NCBI GenBank assembly: GCA_039028615.1 | Contig: JBCCHT010000010.1 | Location: 96,001-160,000 of the forward strand | DNA from: Myxococcota bacterium | Lineage (GTDB): Bacteria > Myxococcota_A > Polyangia > Nannocystales > Nannocystaceae | Direction of reading: 5' to 3' | DNA length: 64,000 nucleotides | Part shown: in pieces, positions 1 to 8,216 of the stretch | How positions within the stretch are numbered: the first letter of the stretch is position 1 | Layout: every line of letters begins with the position of its first letter | Notes under the pieces: generated by a model | The model's input: the letters and a program-made list of their open reading frames with translations, nothing else | Database searches by the model: none | What the model was told of the DNA's origin: nothing | Made by a program: the position numbers and the translations under genes

Positions 1-747
1 CGGGCTGCCCGCGACGGCGCCAATGTGGTGATCGCCGCCAAGACGGCCACGCCCCATCCCAAGCTCGAGGGCACCATCCACACCGCAGCCGAGGCGGTGG
101 AGAAGGCGGGCGGCAAGGCGCTCCCGCTGGTGGTCGACATTCGCTTCGAAGACCAGGTGAAGGCGGCGGTGGCCAAGGCGGTCGAGACCTTCGGCGGCAT
201 CGACATCCTGGTGAACAACGCCTCGGCGATCAGCCTCACCAGCACGCTGTCGACCCCGATGAAGCGCTATGACCTCATGCACGGGGTCAACGTGCGGGGC
301 ACCTATCTGTGCTCGCAGGTCTGCCTGCCCGAGCTGCTCGAGAGCGACAACCCGCACATCCTCAACCTGGCGCCGCCGCTCAACATGGACGCCAAGTGGT
401 TCCGCAACCACGTGGCCTACACCATGGCCAAGTTCGGCATGAGCATGTGCGTGCTGGGCATGGCGGCCGAGTTCAAGGGCAAGGTGGCCGTCAACGCGCT
501 GTGGCCTCGCACCACCATCGCCACCGCGGCCGTGTCGATGATCGGCGGCGACCCCATGATCGCCCGCTCGCGGAAGCCAGAGATCATGGCCGACGCGGCG
601 CACTCCGTCCTGGTGCGCGACAAGAACGAGTGCAGCGGGAACTTCTTCATCGACGAGGACGCGCTGCGCGAGGCGGGGGTCACCGACCTGGACGGCTATG
701 CCGTCGACCCCACCAAGGAACTCGCGCCCGACTTCTTCGTCGACTGA
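1..747 (+). CDS. SDR family NAD(P)-dependent oxidoreductase (HSDL2/citronellol dehydrogenase-like), 5'-truncated by window edge
   Basis: Frame is open from base 1 (RAARDGANVVIAAKT...HPKLEGTI); GGIDILVNNASAI, catalytic YTMAK, VNALWPRT and C-terminal PDFF are typical of this subfamily. Confidence 0.92.
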   Translation, partial: RAARDGANVVIAAKTATPHPKLEGTIHTAAEAVEKAGGKALPLVVDIRFEDQVKAAVAKAVETFGGIDILVNNASAISLTSTLSTPMKRYDLMHGVNVRGTYLCSQVCLPELLESDNPHILNLAPPLNMDAKWFRNHVAYTMAKFGMSMCVLGMAAEFKGKVAVNALWPRTTIATAAVSMIGGDPMIARSRKPEIMADAAHSVLVRDKNECSGNFFIDEDALREAGVTDLDGYAVDPTKELAPDFFVD

Positions 748-947
748 CGTCCAATCGGCCCTAGATCGGGCCGAATCCGTGGCTTTGCGCTAGCGGCGCG
801 CAGCTCCCGTCTCGTCCGTGTCCGCGGACGATGGCTTCGGGGTTGCATCGTCGTGGGATCCACATATCCTCGCGTCCGCGCGATGTGCGGAGCTCGCAGT
901 GATTCGGTGAGCCCACGACGCGCCTGCTCTGTCGGGAGTCGCTGCCG

Positions 948-1922
948 ATGATCGAAGCGTCTGGTCTCACCCGTTACTACGGGGACTTTGCTGCCCTCTC
1001 CGGTGCCTCGTTCACCATCGAGGATCGGGAGATCGTGGGGTTCTTGGGCCTCAACGGGGCCGGCAAGTCCACCATGCTCAAGATCCTCGCGGGTCTGCTC
1101 TTGCCCTCGGCCGGCACGGTCAAGGTGGGCGGAGTCGATGCCGTGACCGATCCGGACGGCTTGCGCCGCAAGATCGGTTTTTTGCCCGAGGAGCCGCCGC
1201 TGTATCGCGAGATGCGGGTGCGCGAGTTCCTGCTGTGGTGCGGCGAGCTCAAGGGCAGCAGCCGCGCCGAGGTCCGCAAGGCGCTGCCCCGCGTGCTCGA
1301 GACCTGCGACCTCGAGAAGATGGCCGACCGCGTCATCGGAGAGCTGAGCCACGGCTACAAGAAGCGGGTGGGCATCGCCCAGGCGATCATCCACCGCCCG
1401 GAGGTCGTGATCCTCGACGAGCCCATCTCGGGCCTCGATCCGCAGCAGATCGTCGAGATGCGCAAGGTGGTGCGGAGCCTCAAGGAGCACGCCACCGTGC
1501 TCATCAGCTCGCACATCCTGTCGGAGATCGAGCAGACCTGTGACCGCATCCTGGTGATCCACGGGGGGCGCCTGGTGGCCGAGGGCTCGGAGCAAGAGCT
1601 CGGGGCTCGCCACGACCATGAGCGCCACCTGTCCGTCACCGTGCGTGCCACGGAGGACGAGCTGCGCTCGGCCCTCGAGGCCTCGGAGCACGTGGAGAGC
1701 TTCGACATCGACGCTACCGAGGAGCCCGCGGACGAATCGCTCGAGCGCCGCGTCGACGTGGTGCTGGGCGGAGACCTGCGCGAGGCCCTGGTCCGCGACC
1801 TGGTCGAGGCGGGGCTGGGCCTGCGCCAGCTCACCGAGGCGCGCTCCGAGCTCGAGCGCGTGTTCTTGCAACTCACCGCGGAGGGTCAAAGCTCCGCACC
1901 ACGCCCGGAGGCAAAGGCATGA
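948..1922 (+). CDS. ABC transporter ATP-binding protein (GldA-like ABC-2 type)
   Basis: Walker A GLNGAGKST, signature LSHGYKKRV, Walker B VILDEP, H-loop SSHIL; ATGA overlap with next gene. Confidence 0.93.
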   Translation: MIEASGLTRYYGDFAALSGASFTIEDREIVGFLGLNGAGKSTMLKILAGLLLPSAGTVKVGGVDAVTDPDGLRRKIGFLPEEPPLYREMRVREFLLWCGELKGSSRAEVRKALPRVLETCDLEKMADRVIGELSHGYKKRVGIAQAIIHRPEVVILDEPISGLDPQQIVEMRKVVRSLKEHATVLISSHILSEIEQTCDRILVIHGGRLVAEGSEQELGARHDHERHLSVTVRATEDELRSALEASEHVESFDIDATEEPADESLERRVDVVLGGDLREALVRDLVEAGLGLRQLTEARSELERVFLQLTAEGQSSAPRPEAKA

Positions 1923-2644
1923 GGGGCATGTTGCTCGTGGCGCGCCGTGATCTGGCCGCCTACTTCAATTCGTACTGGGGCTGGGTGGTCATCGCCGTGG
2001 TCCTGCTGGTCGACGGACTGCTCTTCAACGCCTTCGCGGTGGGAGACCAGCCCAAGTTCAGCTCCGAGGTCATCCGCGATTTCTTCTTCTTCTCGTTCGG
2101 CTGCACCGCGCTGGCGTCGCTGCCGGTCACGATGCGGCTATTCGCCGAGGAGAAGCAGACGGGCACCATGGTGTTGCTCGACTCGGCCCCGCTCGCGCGC
2201 TGGCAGCTGGTGGGCGGCAAGTACCTGTCCGCGATGTCGGTCATGGCCATCTTGGTGCTCAGCACCCTGTTCATGCCCGCGCTGGTGTTCGTCAACGGCA
2301 AGGTCTCCAACGGCCACATCTTCGCCGGCTATCTCGGGCTCATGCTGGTGGCCGCGGCCACGACCGGCATCGGCACCCTGGGCTCGGCGGTGGCCCGCAA
2401 CCAGATCGTCGCGTTCATCACCTCGGCGCTGGTCCTGCTGTTCTTCGTGCTCGCGTGGCTGCTCGCCCGCGTTGCTGATCCCCCGCTCAAGGACATCATC
2501 TCCCACGTCAGCCTCTTCGACCGCCACTTCCGCGGGTTCATGGAGGGCAAGGTGGATACCGAGAGCATCGTGTTCTACCTGAGCGTCGCGTTCGTGACGC
2601 TGCTCCTTTCCAGCCGCTTCATGGCGGCACGGAGGTGGCGATGA
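1919..2644 (+). CDS. ABC-2 transporter permease (GldF-like)
   Basis: About 6 hydrophobic segments; TMRLFAEEKQTGTMVLL and VGGKY motifs typical of GldF-like permeases. Confidence 0.9.
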   Translation: MRGMLLVARRDLAAYFNSYWGWVVIAVVLLVDGLLFNAFAVGDQPKFSSEVIRDFFFFSFGCTALASLPVTMRLFAEEKQTGTMVLLDSAPLARWQLVGGKYLSAMSVMAILVLSTLFMPALVFVNGKVSNGHIFAGYLGLMLVAAATTGIGTLGSAVARNQIVAFITSALVLLFFVLAWLLARVADPPLKDIISHVSLFDRHFRGFMEGKVDTESIVFYLSVAFVTLLLSSRFMAARRWR

Positions 2645-4530
2645 GCCTCAGCAGCCTCGTCTATCTCGCGGGCATGCTCGCCCTGTTCGTGGGCCAGCGG
2701 ATCCTCGACGGCCTCGACACCGCTCAGGCGGTGGCCACTGTGGTCGGCGGGCTGGCCCTGGCGGTGGCGGCAGTCCTGCGCTTCCGCGCGCTCCGGGGCA
2801 CCAAGGACCCCGGGCTCCGGCTCGGCCATCGCCTCGCGATGTTGTTGCTCCTGGTCGGGGTGGCCTCGGTCATCCTCTACATCGGCACGACCGAGCGCTT
2901 CATCCAAAGCCTCGCCCTCGACGACGCGGGTGAAGAGCGCTGGCTCGGCCTCACCCGCGTGGTCTGGCCCGTGGTGTGGATCCTGGGCTCGTTGCCGCTG
3001 TTGGTGGTCGACTACGCGCTGCGGAGCTCGCCGGTCATGGTGCCGCCCCGCCGCGTTCGCGAGAGCGTGGTGCACGGGCTGGTCGCGGCCATGGGCCTGG
3101 CCATGGTGTTCCCGCTCAACTACGTCGCGACCAAGCGCAACGAGCGGTGGGACCTGGCCTACTTCAAGACGCCCACCCCCGGGACCTCCACCCAGGCGCT
3201 GGTCGAGGCGCTCGAGGATCCGGTCACCGTTCGCATCTTCATGCCGCCCTCGTCCGAGGTGGCGGGCGAGCTCCGCAACTACTTCGCCGAGCTCGAGGGC
3301 CCGCAGCTGAGCGTGGAGATCGTCGACCAGGCCGCCAACCCGCGGCTGGCCAAGGCGCTCAGCATTCGCAACAACGGCACCGTCGCCCTGACCCAAGGCG
3401 ACGTGACCCGGCTGATGGATGCGCTGCCGGGCGAGGACAAGGCGGAAGACGACTCGCCGATGCCCGTCACGCGGCGCTTGAGCGTCAACCCGGACATCGA
3501 CAAGGCCAAGCGCACGCTCAAGAAGCTCGACGCCGAGGTCCAGAAGATGCTCATCGAGCTGGGCCAGGGTGAGCGCGTGGCCTACTTCACGGTGGGCCAC
3601 GGCGAGCTCAACTGGTCCGCGCAGACCGAGCAGGCCGACCTCAGCATCAAGGGCCTGCGCTCCCGCATGAAGGAGCTGGGCTTCTCGATCAAGCCGCTGG
3701 GGCTGACCGAGGGCCTGGGCGAGCGCGTGCCCGAGGACGCCACGCTGGTGCTGATCCTCGGCCCGGCCAAGCCCTTCTTCCAGGCCGAGGTGGACGCCAT
3801 CTCGACCTACGTCGATCGGGGCGGTGCGGTGCTGATGGCCCGCGAGCCCGAGATCACACGCGAGGGCCAGATCCTGCCCGCCAACCCGCTCGACGACTTG
3901 ATGACCAAGTACGGCGTGAAGATGGGCGTGGGCGTGCTGGCGGCCGAGCGCGGCGTGGTGCCGCTGGCCCGCAACCGTCGCGATGCCTTCAACATCGTGA
4001 CCAACGGCTTCACCTCGCACGCGACCACGCGACAGGTGAGCGACCGGGCCCAGCAGTTGGCGGTGGTCACTCCCGCCGCAGGTCACCTCGAGGAGCTGCC
4101 CGACCACCCCAATAGCCTGATCTTCGTGATGCGCTCGCTGGCCTACGCCTGGGCCGACCTCGACGCCAACACCCGCTTCGACCCCGACTCGGGCGAGACC
4201 AAGGAGGCCCGCAACCTCATGGCGGTCATCGAAGGCGGCGCCGGGGAGACGCCCTGGCGCGCGGTGGTGACCTCCGACGCGTCGATGTTCGCCGACCTCG
4301 GGGTGGGCCTGAGCATGGGCAACCAGCGGCTGGTGGAGGACACCATCGGCTGGCTCATCGGGGCGGAGGCCGTCTCCGGCACCACCGAGAGCGAAGAAGA
4401 CATCAAGATTGAGCACACCAAGGAGGACCAGCAGTGGTGGTTTTACCTGACGGTGCTCGTGGTCCCGCTGGGCGTGATCGTGCTCGGCGCGCTACGGATT
4501 CGACTACGACGAAAGGGAGGTGCGGCATGA
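2641..4530 (+). CDS. GldG-family ABC auxiliary membrane protein
   Basis: Five N-terminal TM segments, RWDLA, VAYFTVGHGE, VPEDATLVLILGP..F..EVDAI..YVDRGG, C-terminal TM; ATGA overlap with the upstream stop. Confidence 0.85.
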   Translation: MSLSSLVYLAGMLALFVGQRILDGLDTAQAVATVVGGLALAVAAVLRFRALRGTKDPGLRLGHRLAMLLLLVGVASVILYIGTTERFIQSLALDDAGEERWLGLTRVVWPVVWILGSLPLLVVDYALRSSPVMVPPRRVRESVVHGLVAAMGLAMVFPLNYVATKRNERWDLAYFKTPTPGTSTQALVEALEDPVTVRIFMPPSSEVAGELRNYFAELEGPQLSVEIVDQAANPRLAKALSIRNNGTVALTQGDVTRLMDALPGEDKAEDDSPMPVTRRLSVNPDIDKAKRTLKKLDAEVQKMLIELGQGERVAYFTVGHGELNWSAQTEQADLSIKGLRSRMKELGFSIKPLGLTEGLGERVPEDATLVLILGPAKPFFQAEVDAISTYVDRGGAVLMAREPEITREGQILPANPLDDLMTKYGVKMGVGVLAAERGVVPLARNRRDAFNIVTNGFTSHATTRQVSDRAQQLAVVTPAAGHLEELPDHPNSLIFVMRSLAYAWADLDANTRFDPDSGETKEARNLMAVIEGGAGETPWRAVVTSDASMFADLGVGLSMGNQRLVEDTIGWLIGAEAVSGTTESEEDIKIEHTKEDQQWWFYLTVLVVPLGVIVLGALRIRLRRKGGAA

Positions 4531-5552
4531 TGCGCTCGGTCGTCATTTACGCCGCGTTGTTGGCTGGCTCCCTGGGCTGGGCCTATCAGACCTGGACCCA
4601 CCAAGACGAGCTGGCCCTGGCCGACAAGGTCGTCATCATGCCCGGCAAGCCGGAGCAGCTGGCCTCCGTCGCCTATCGATCGGAGAGCCTCGAGCTGACC
4701 GTCGAGTTCCGCGAGGACGACCAGGGGCGCTACGCCTGGGGTCGCACCGTGCCGCTGGGCGATCCGCCCCCGGCTCCGCCCGCGCCCGAGGGCGGCGAGC
4801 CCCCGCCGGCTCCGCCCGCGCCCGAGCCCGAGGAGTTCAAGGTCGGTAAGTCTGGAACGCCGGTCTTCGAGGCTCTGGCGCCGTTCGTGGCCAAGCGCAA
4901 GCTCGAGGGCGTGGGCGAAGAGGACCTCGAGGCCCTCGGCCTGGCCGAGCCCGAGGCGACCCTCGAGATCGCCCGCGAGGGCAAGGAGCCCCGGGTCTTC
5001 GAGCTGGGGGGTAACGTGTTCGGCGGCGCCAACGTCTATGTGCGTGACCCGAGCGATGGAGTCATCTATCTCGTGGAGGCTCGAACCATACGCCCCTTGC
5101 GCAGTGGGTCCCGGACCCTGCCCGACCGCGACCTCAGCGGCATCGCGGAGCGCAAGGCCGAGCGCCTGACCCTGCGGGTGGGCGACCGCCAGGCCACCTT
5201 CGAGCAGCACAACCCCGACGACCCCGAGGCCAAGTACTGGAGCGTCGCGGGCGAGGACGAGAGCAACCCCGACATCACCGCATGGGTAGGCAAAGCCCTA
5301 CGCCTGCGGTCCACCCGCTACGTCCAGAGCGACGAGTCGCCGGTCGACCTGGCGCCCGCGTTCGCGTTCGTGATTCGGTCCGAGGGCGGCGAGACGGTGG
5401 AGGTCGAGGTCCTGCGCAATTTCGACGACGAGGGCCAAGAGCAGTTCTTCGCCCGTTCCCAGCACACGCGCGGCCTGGTGAGGCTACCGCGCGCGACCGC
5501 AGCCGAGGCCTCCACCGACCTCGAGTCGGCCTTGCAAGCCGGCGGCGCCTGA
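4527..5552 (+). CDS. DUF4340-like periplasmic protein
   Basis: GGAGG RBS and ATGA overlap give start 4527; N-terminal TM; L..LGLAEP..TLEI and ELGGNVFGG..VYVR pattern; position after GldG is typical. Confidence 0.75.
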   Translation: MMRSVVIYAALLAGSLGWAYQTWTHQDELALADKVVIMPGKPEQLASVAYRSESLELTVEFREDDQGRYAWGRTVPLGDPPPAPPAPEGGEPPPAPPAPEPEEFKVGKSGTPVFEALAPFVAKRKLEGVGEEDLEALGLAEPEATLEIAREGKEPRVFELGGNVFGGANVYVRDPSDGVIYLVEARTIRPLRSGSRTLPDRDLSGIAERKAERLTLRVGDRQATFEQHNPDDPEAKYWSVAGEDESNPDITAWVGKALRLRSTRYVQSDESPVDLAPAFAFVIRSEGGETVEVEVLRNFDDEGQEQFFARSQHTRGLVRLPRATAAEASTDLESALQAGGA

Positions 5553-5612
5553 CCCTTCGGCGCGGCCATCGAGGCGGAGCCCGGCTTCGCCCACCACGGA
5601 GAGACGACGACA

Positions 5613-6791
5613 ATGACGATTCGAATGATGGTCTTCTTCGTGGTGATGCCGATCCTCTGGATCGCGCTGCACTACTACATGGGGCGTAGGATCGTGACCG
5701 GCTCTGCGCTGCCGCGGGCGTGGTCGCGCGTGGCCTGGGGCCTGGTGGCCATCCTGGCCCTGCTGCCCCCCGCCACCTTCCTCGCCATGCGTGGGGGCGG
5801 GATGGACGGGCTCGAGAGCATCCAGTGGCTCGGCTATCTGATGATGGGGATTTCCTCCATCGTCCTGGTCCTGCTGCTCACGGTGGAGCTGCTGCGAGGC
5901 GGGCGACGCCTGGTCCTGCGCTTCCGCAAGGCACCCCCGCCCGAGCCGGACCCGAGCCGTCGCGCCTTTTTGGGCCGGGCGGTCAACATCGGCATCGCGG
6001 GTGGCGCGGGCACGGTGGCGGGCGTCGGCGTGATCCAGGCGCGCCAGATCCCCGAGGTAGTGGAGGTCGACGTGCCCATCAAGGGGCTGCCGCCCGAGGC
6101 CGAGGGCTTCCGCATCGTCCAGATCTCCGATGTACACATCGGTCCCACCATCCACGGCGACTTCCTCTCCGCCGTGGTCGACCGCGTCAACGGGCTGGAG
6201 CCCGACGTGATCGCGGTGACCGGGGACCTCATCGACGGGTGGGTGGACCAGCTCCGCGACGAGATGGTCTCGCTCGAGCGGCTGCGGGCACGGCACGGGG
6301 CCTTCTTCGTGACCGGCAACCACGAGTACTACTGGAACGGGCCGCAGTGGTGTGACCACGTCGCCAGCTTGGGGCTCACCGTGCTGAACAATGCACACCA
6401 GGTCATCGAGCACGACGGGGCCCGACTGGTCTTGGCAGGAGTCACCGACATATCGGCGGGAGGCATGGTGCCCTCGCATGCGTCGAGCCCAGCCACGGCC
6501 ATCGAAGGGGCGCCCGACGATTGCCCCAAGGTCCTGCTGGCTCACCAGCCGCGGAGCATCAACGCCGCGGCCGAGGCCGGCTTCGATCTGCAAATCTCCG
6601 GGCACACCCACGGCGGGCAGTACTTCCCGATGAACCTGCTCGTGTACCTGGCTCAGCCCTACGTGGCCGGCCTACATCAGCACAACGACAAGACCTCGAT
6701 CTACGTCAGTCGTGGCACCGGGTACTGGGGCCCGCCCGTGCGCCTGGGTGCACCGCACGAGATCACGCTGCTGCGGCTGGTCGCTGCCTAG
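5613..6791 (+). CDS. Membrane-anchored metallophosphoesterase (YkuE/YaeI-like)
   Basis: SDVH, TGDLID, GNHE, LAH, SGHTHGGQ, VSRGTG motifs; three N-terminal TM segments then SRRAFL. Confidence 0.92.
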   Translation: MTIRMMVFFVVMPILWIALHYYMGRRIVTGSALPRAWSRVAWGLVAILALLPPATFLAMRGGGMDGLESIQWLGYLMMGISSIVLVLLLTVELLRGGRRLVLRFRKAPPPEPDPSRRAFLGRAVNIGIAGGAGTVAGVGVIQARQIPEVVEVDVPIKGLPPEAEGFRIVQISDVHIGPTIHGDFLSAVVDRVNGLEPDVIAVTGDLIDGWVDQLRDEMVSLERLRARHGAFFVTGNHEYYWNGPQWCDHVASLGLTVLNNAHQVIEHDGARLVLAGVTDISAGGMVPSHASSPATAIEGAPDDCPKVLLAHQPRSINAAAEAGFDLQISGHTHGGQYFPMNLLVYLAQPYVAGLHQHNDKTSIYVSRGTGYWGPPVRLGAPHEITLLRLVAA

Positions 6792-6938
6792 CCACCTGCG
6801 GTTGCTGCATCGCTTCACGCCCGGCCGCGCGTCGTTGCGGTCGAGGTCGGCAAGGGCCCGCACACCGCCTTCGGGGCGACAGTCGACACCGCGGCATCTC
6901 GCCCCGGCGTCGTCTCGCGTGTTCGTGAAAAGTTGACG

Positions 6939-6973
6939 GGCGCCGGTCGACCCATGAAGGACCGACCGGCGCC
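6939..6973. terminator. Perfect 11-bp inverted repeat between convergent genes (possible terminator or stabilizer hairpin)
   Basis: GGCGCCGGTCG (6939-6949) / CGACCGGCGCC (6963-6973), 13-nt loop; no U-tract. Confidence 0.4.
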
Positions 6974-7254
6974 GCCACCACCACCACGAATGAAGCCGGC
7001 TACGCTTGCACGCAAGCCTCGGTTGGGAGTCTATGCCTGGTTCCTCGCAGGCGCTCGTCCTTACGCGGCCGAAAGATGATCTCGGTGTCCTAGCGCAGGA
7101 TGGCTCGCGTCGCGTGCATGGTGGTCTACGGTCGGCATGCCGCCCGAGTTACCCTTCGCAGCACGCGCCCTCGATCGATCGTCGGACGCCGGATCGAAGG
7201 CCGGTCGAGGGTCTCGGGCTGGGACGGTGGCAGGGTGTGCCGACGCCCCGACCG

Positions 7255-8181
7255 TCACAGAGTGGCCATCGCAACTTCGGTTGTGGTGAGCACGTGTTGG
7301 TCGACCACTTTGCCGTCGATGGTGATGAAGCGGATGTCCAAGGTCTCGGCCGTGGCCTCCACCAACATGGCGCCGTGGGAATCGCGATATCGCACCCGAC
7401 TGCCGGGCAGCGGCCGACCTACCGGATACCGGGTCGGATTGCCGCCCAGTCCGTTGACGAAGTACGCCACGCCGTCGAGCTCCAGCCGCTCGTAGTGGTG
7501 GTCGTGGCCCCCCATGACGGCGTCGGCACCCCACTGCGCGAAGGGCCAACGCATCCCCTCGGAAGACCCATGGTCTCCCGAGGAATACGGGGGGTGATGC
7601 ATGTAGACGAGCTGCCAGGGCAGGGTGGAGGCGCTCATGCGTTCCTGTAGCCAGCGGCCCTGATCGGAGCCGGCGTCGTTGCCATCCGGTTCGTGCCAGT
7701 CGCTGTCGAGCGCAAACAAATGCACGGGTCCCCAGCGCAGGTCGTAGTAGCGCTCGTTGCCCGGCAGCGAGAAGTACTCGAGGTAGGGCCACGCGTTGCG
7801 CGTGCGCCAGTCGTGGTTGCCCAGCGCGGGGAAGAAGCGATTGGTGTCCGCGCCCTGGCCGTAGCGTCCCTGATAGGGCGAGATGAACGCGTGGTAGTAC
7901 TGCCCGACGTTGTCGTCGATGGTGGTCTCACGCCCGTTGGGATAGTTGTTGTCGCCCAGGGTGATGATGAACTCGGGGTCCCACGACGCGACCAGCTTCG
8001 CCACCGCGGCCTCGTCGGGTCCCTGCAGCCCGTAGTCGCCAATCACCGCGAAGCGGACCTGGTCGCCGGGGTGAGCGACGATGAGTTCGGGTCCCCGCGG
8101 CAGGTCGGCCGGCCCACACGCGCCCGCGGCGACGAGCAGGCTCAGGCCAATGGTTCGGAGCGAGCACGTCGAGCGAGGCAT
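7255..8181 (-). CDS. Lipoprotein metallophosphoesterase (purple-acid-phosphatase/calcineurin-like)
   Basis: Start MPRSTCS at 8181, lipobox AGAC; GDYG, GDNNY, GNHD, HHPPY, GHDH motifs; the upstream part of the track ORF overlaps another gene. Confidence 0.88.
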   Translation of the reverse strand: MPRSTCSLRTIGLSLLVAAGACGPADLPRGPELIVAHPGDQVRFAVIGDYGLQGPDEAAVAKLVASWDPEFIITLGDNNYPNGRETTIDDNVGQYYHAFISPYQGRYGQGADTNRFFPALGNHDWRTRNAWPYLEYFSLPGNERYYDLRWGPVHLFALDSDWHEPDGNDAGSDQGRWLQERMSASTLPWQLVYMHHPPYSSGDHGSSEGMRWPFAQWGADAVMGGHDHHYERLELDGVAYFVNGLGGNPTRYPVGRPLPGSRVRYRDSHGAMLVEATAETLDIRFITIDGKVVDQHVLTTTEVAMATL

Positions 8182-8216
8182 GGCCGGGCGAGCATCGCAC
8201 GGCCCGGGGCCAGCGG

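Noticed and set aside
696..4416. Long minus-strand ORFs 696-1889 and 2575-4416 (and similar shadows at 23826-26027, 26929-29175, 39998-42151, 50404-52335)
   Set aside because: Each mirrors a motif-supported gene on the opposite strand
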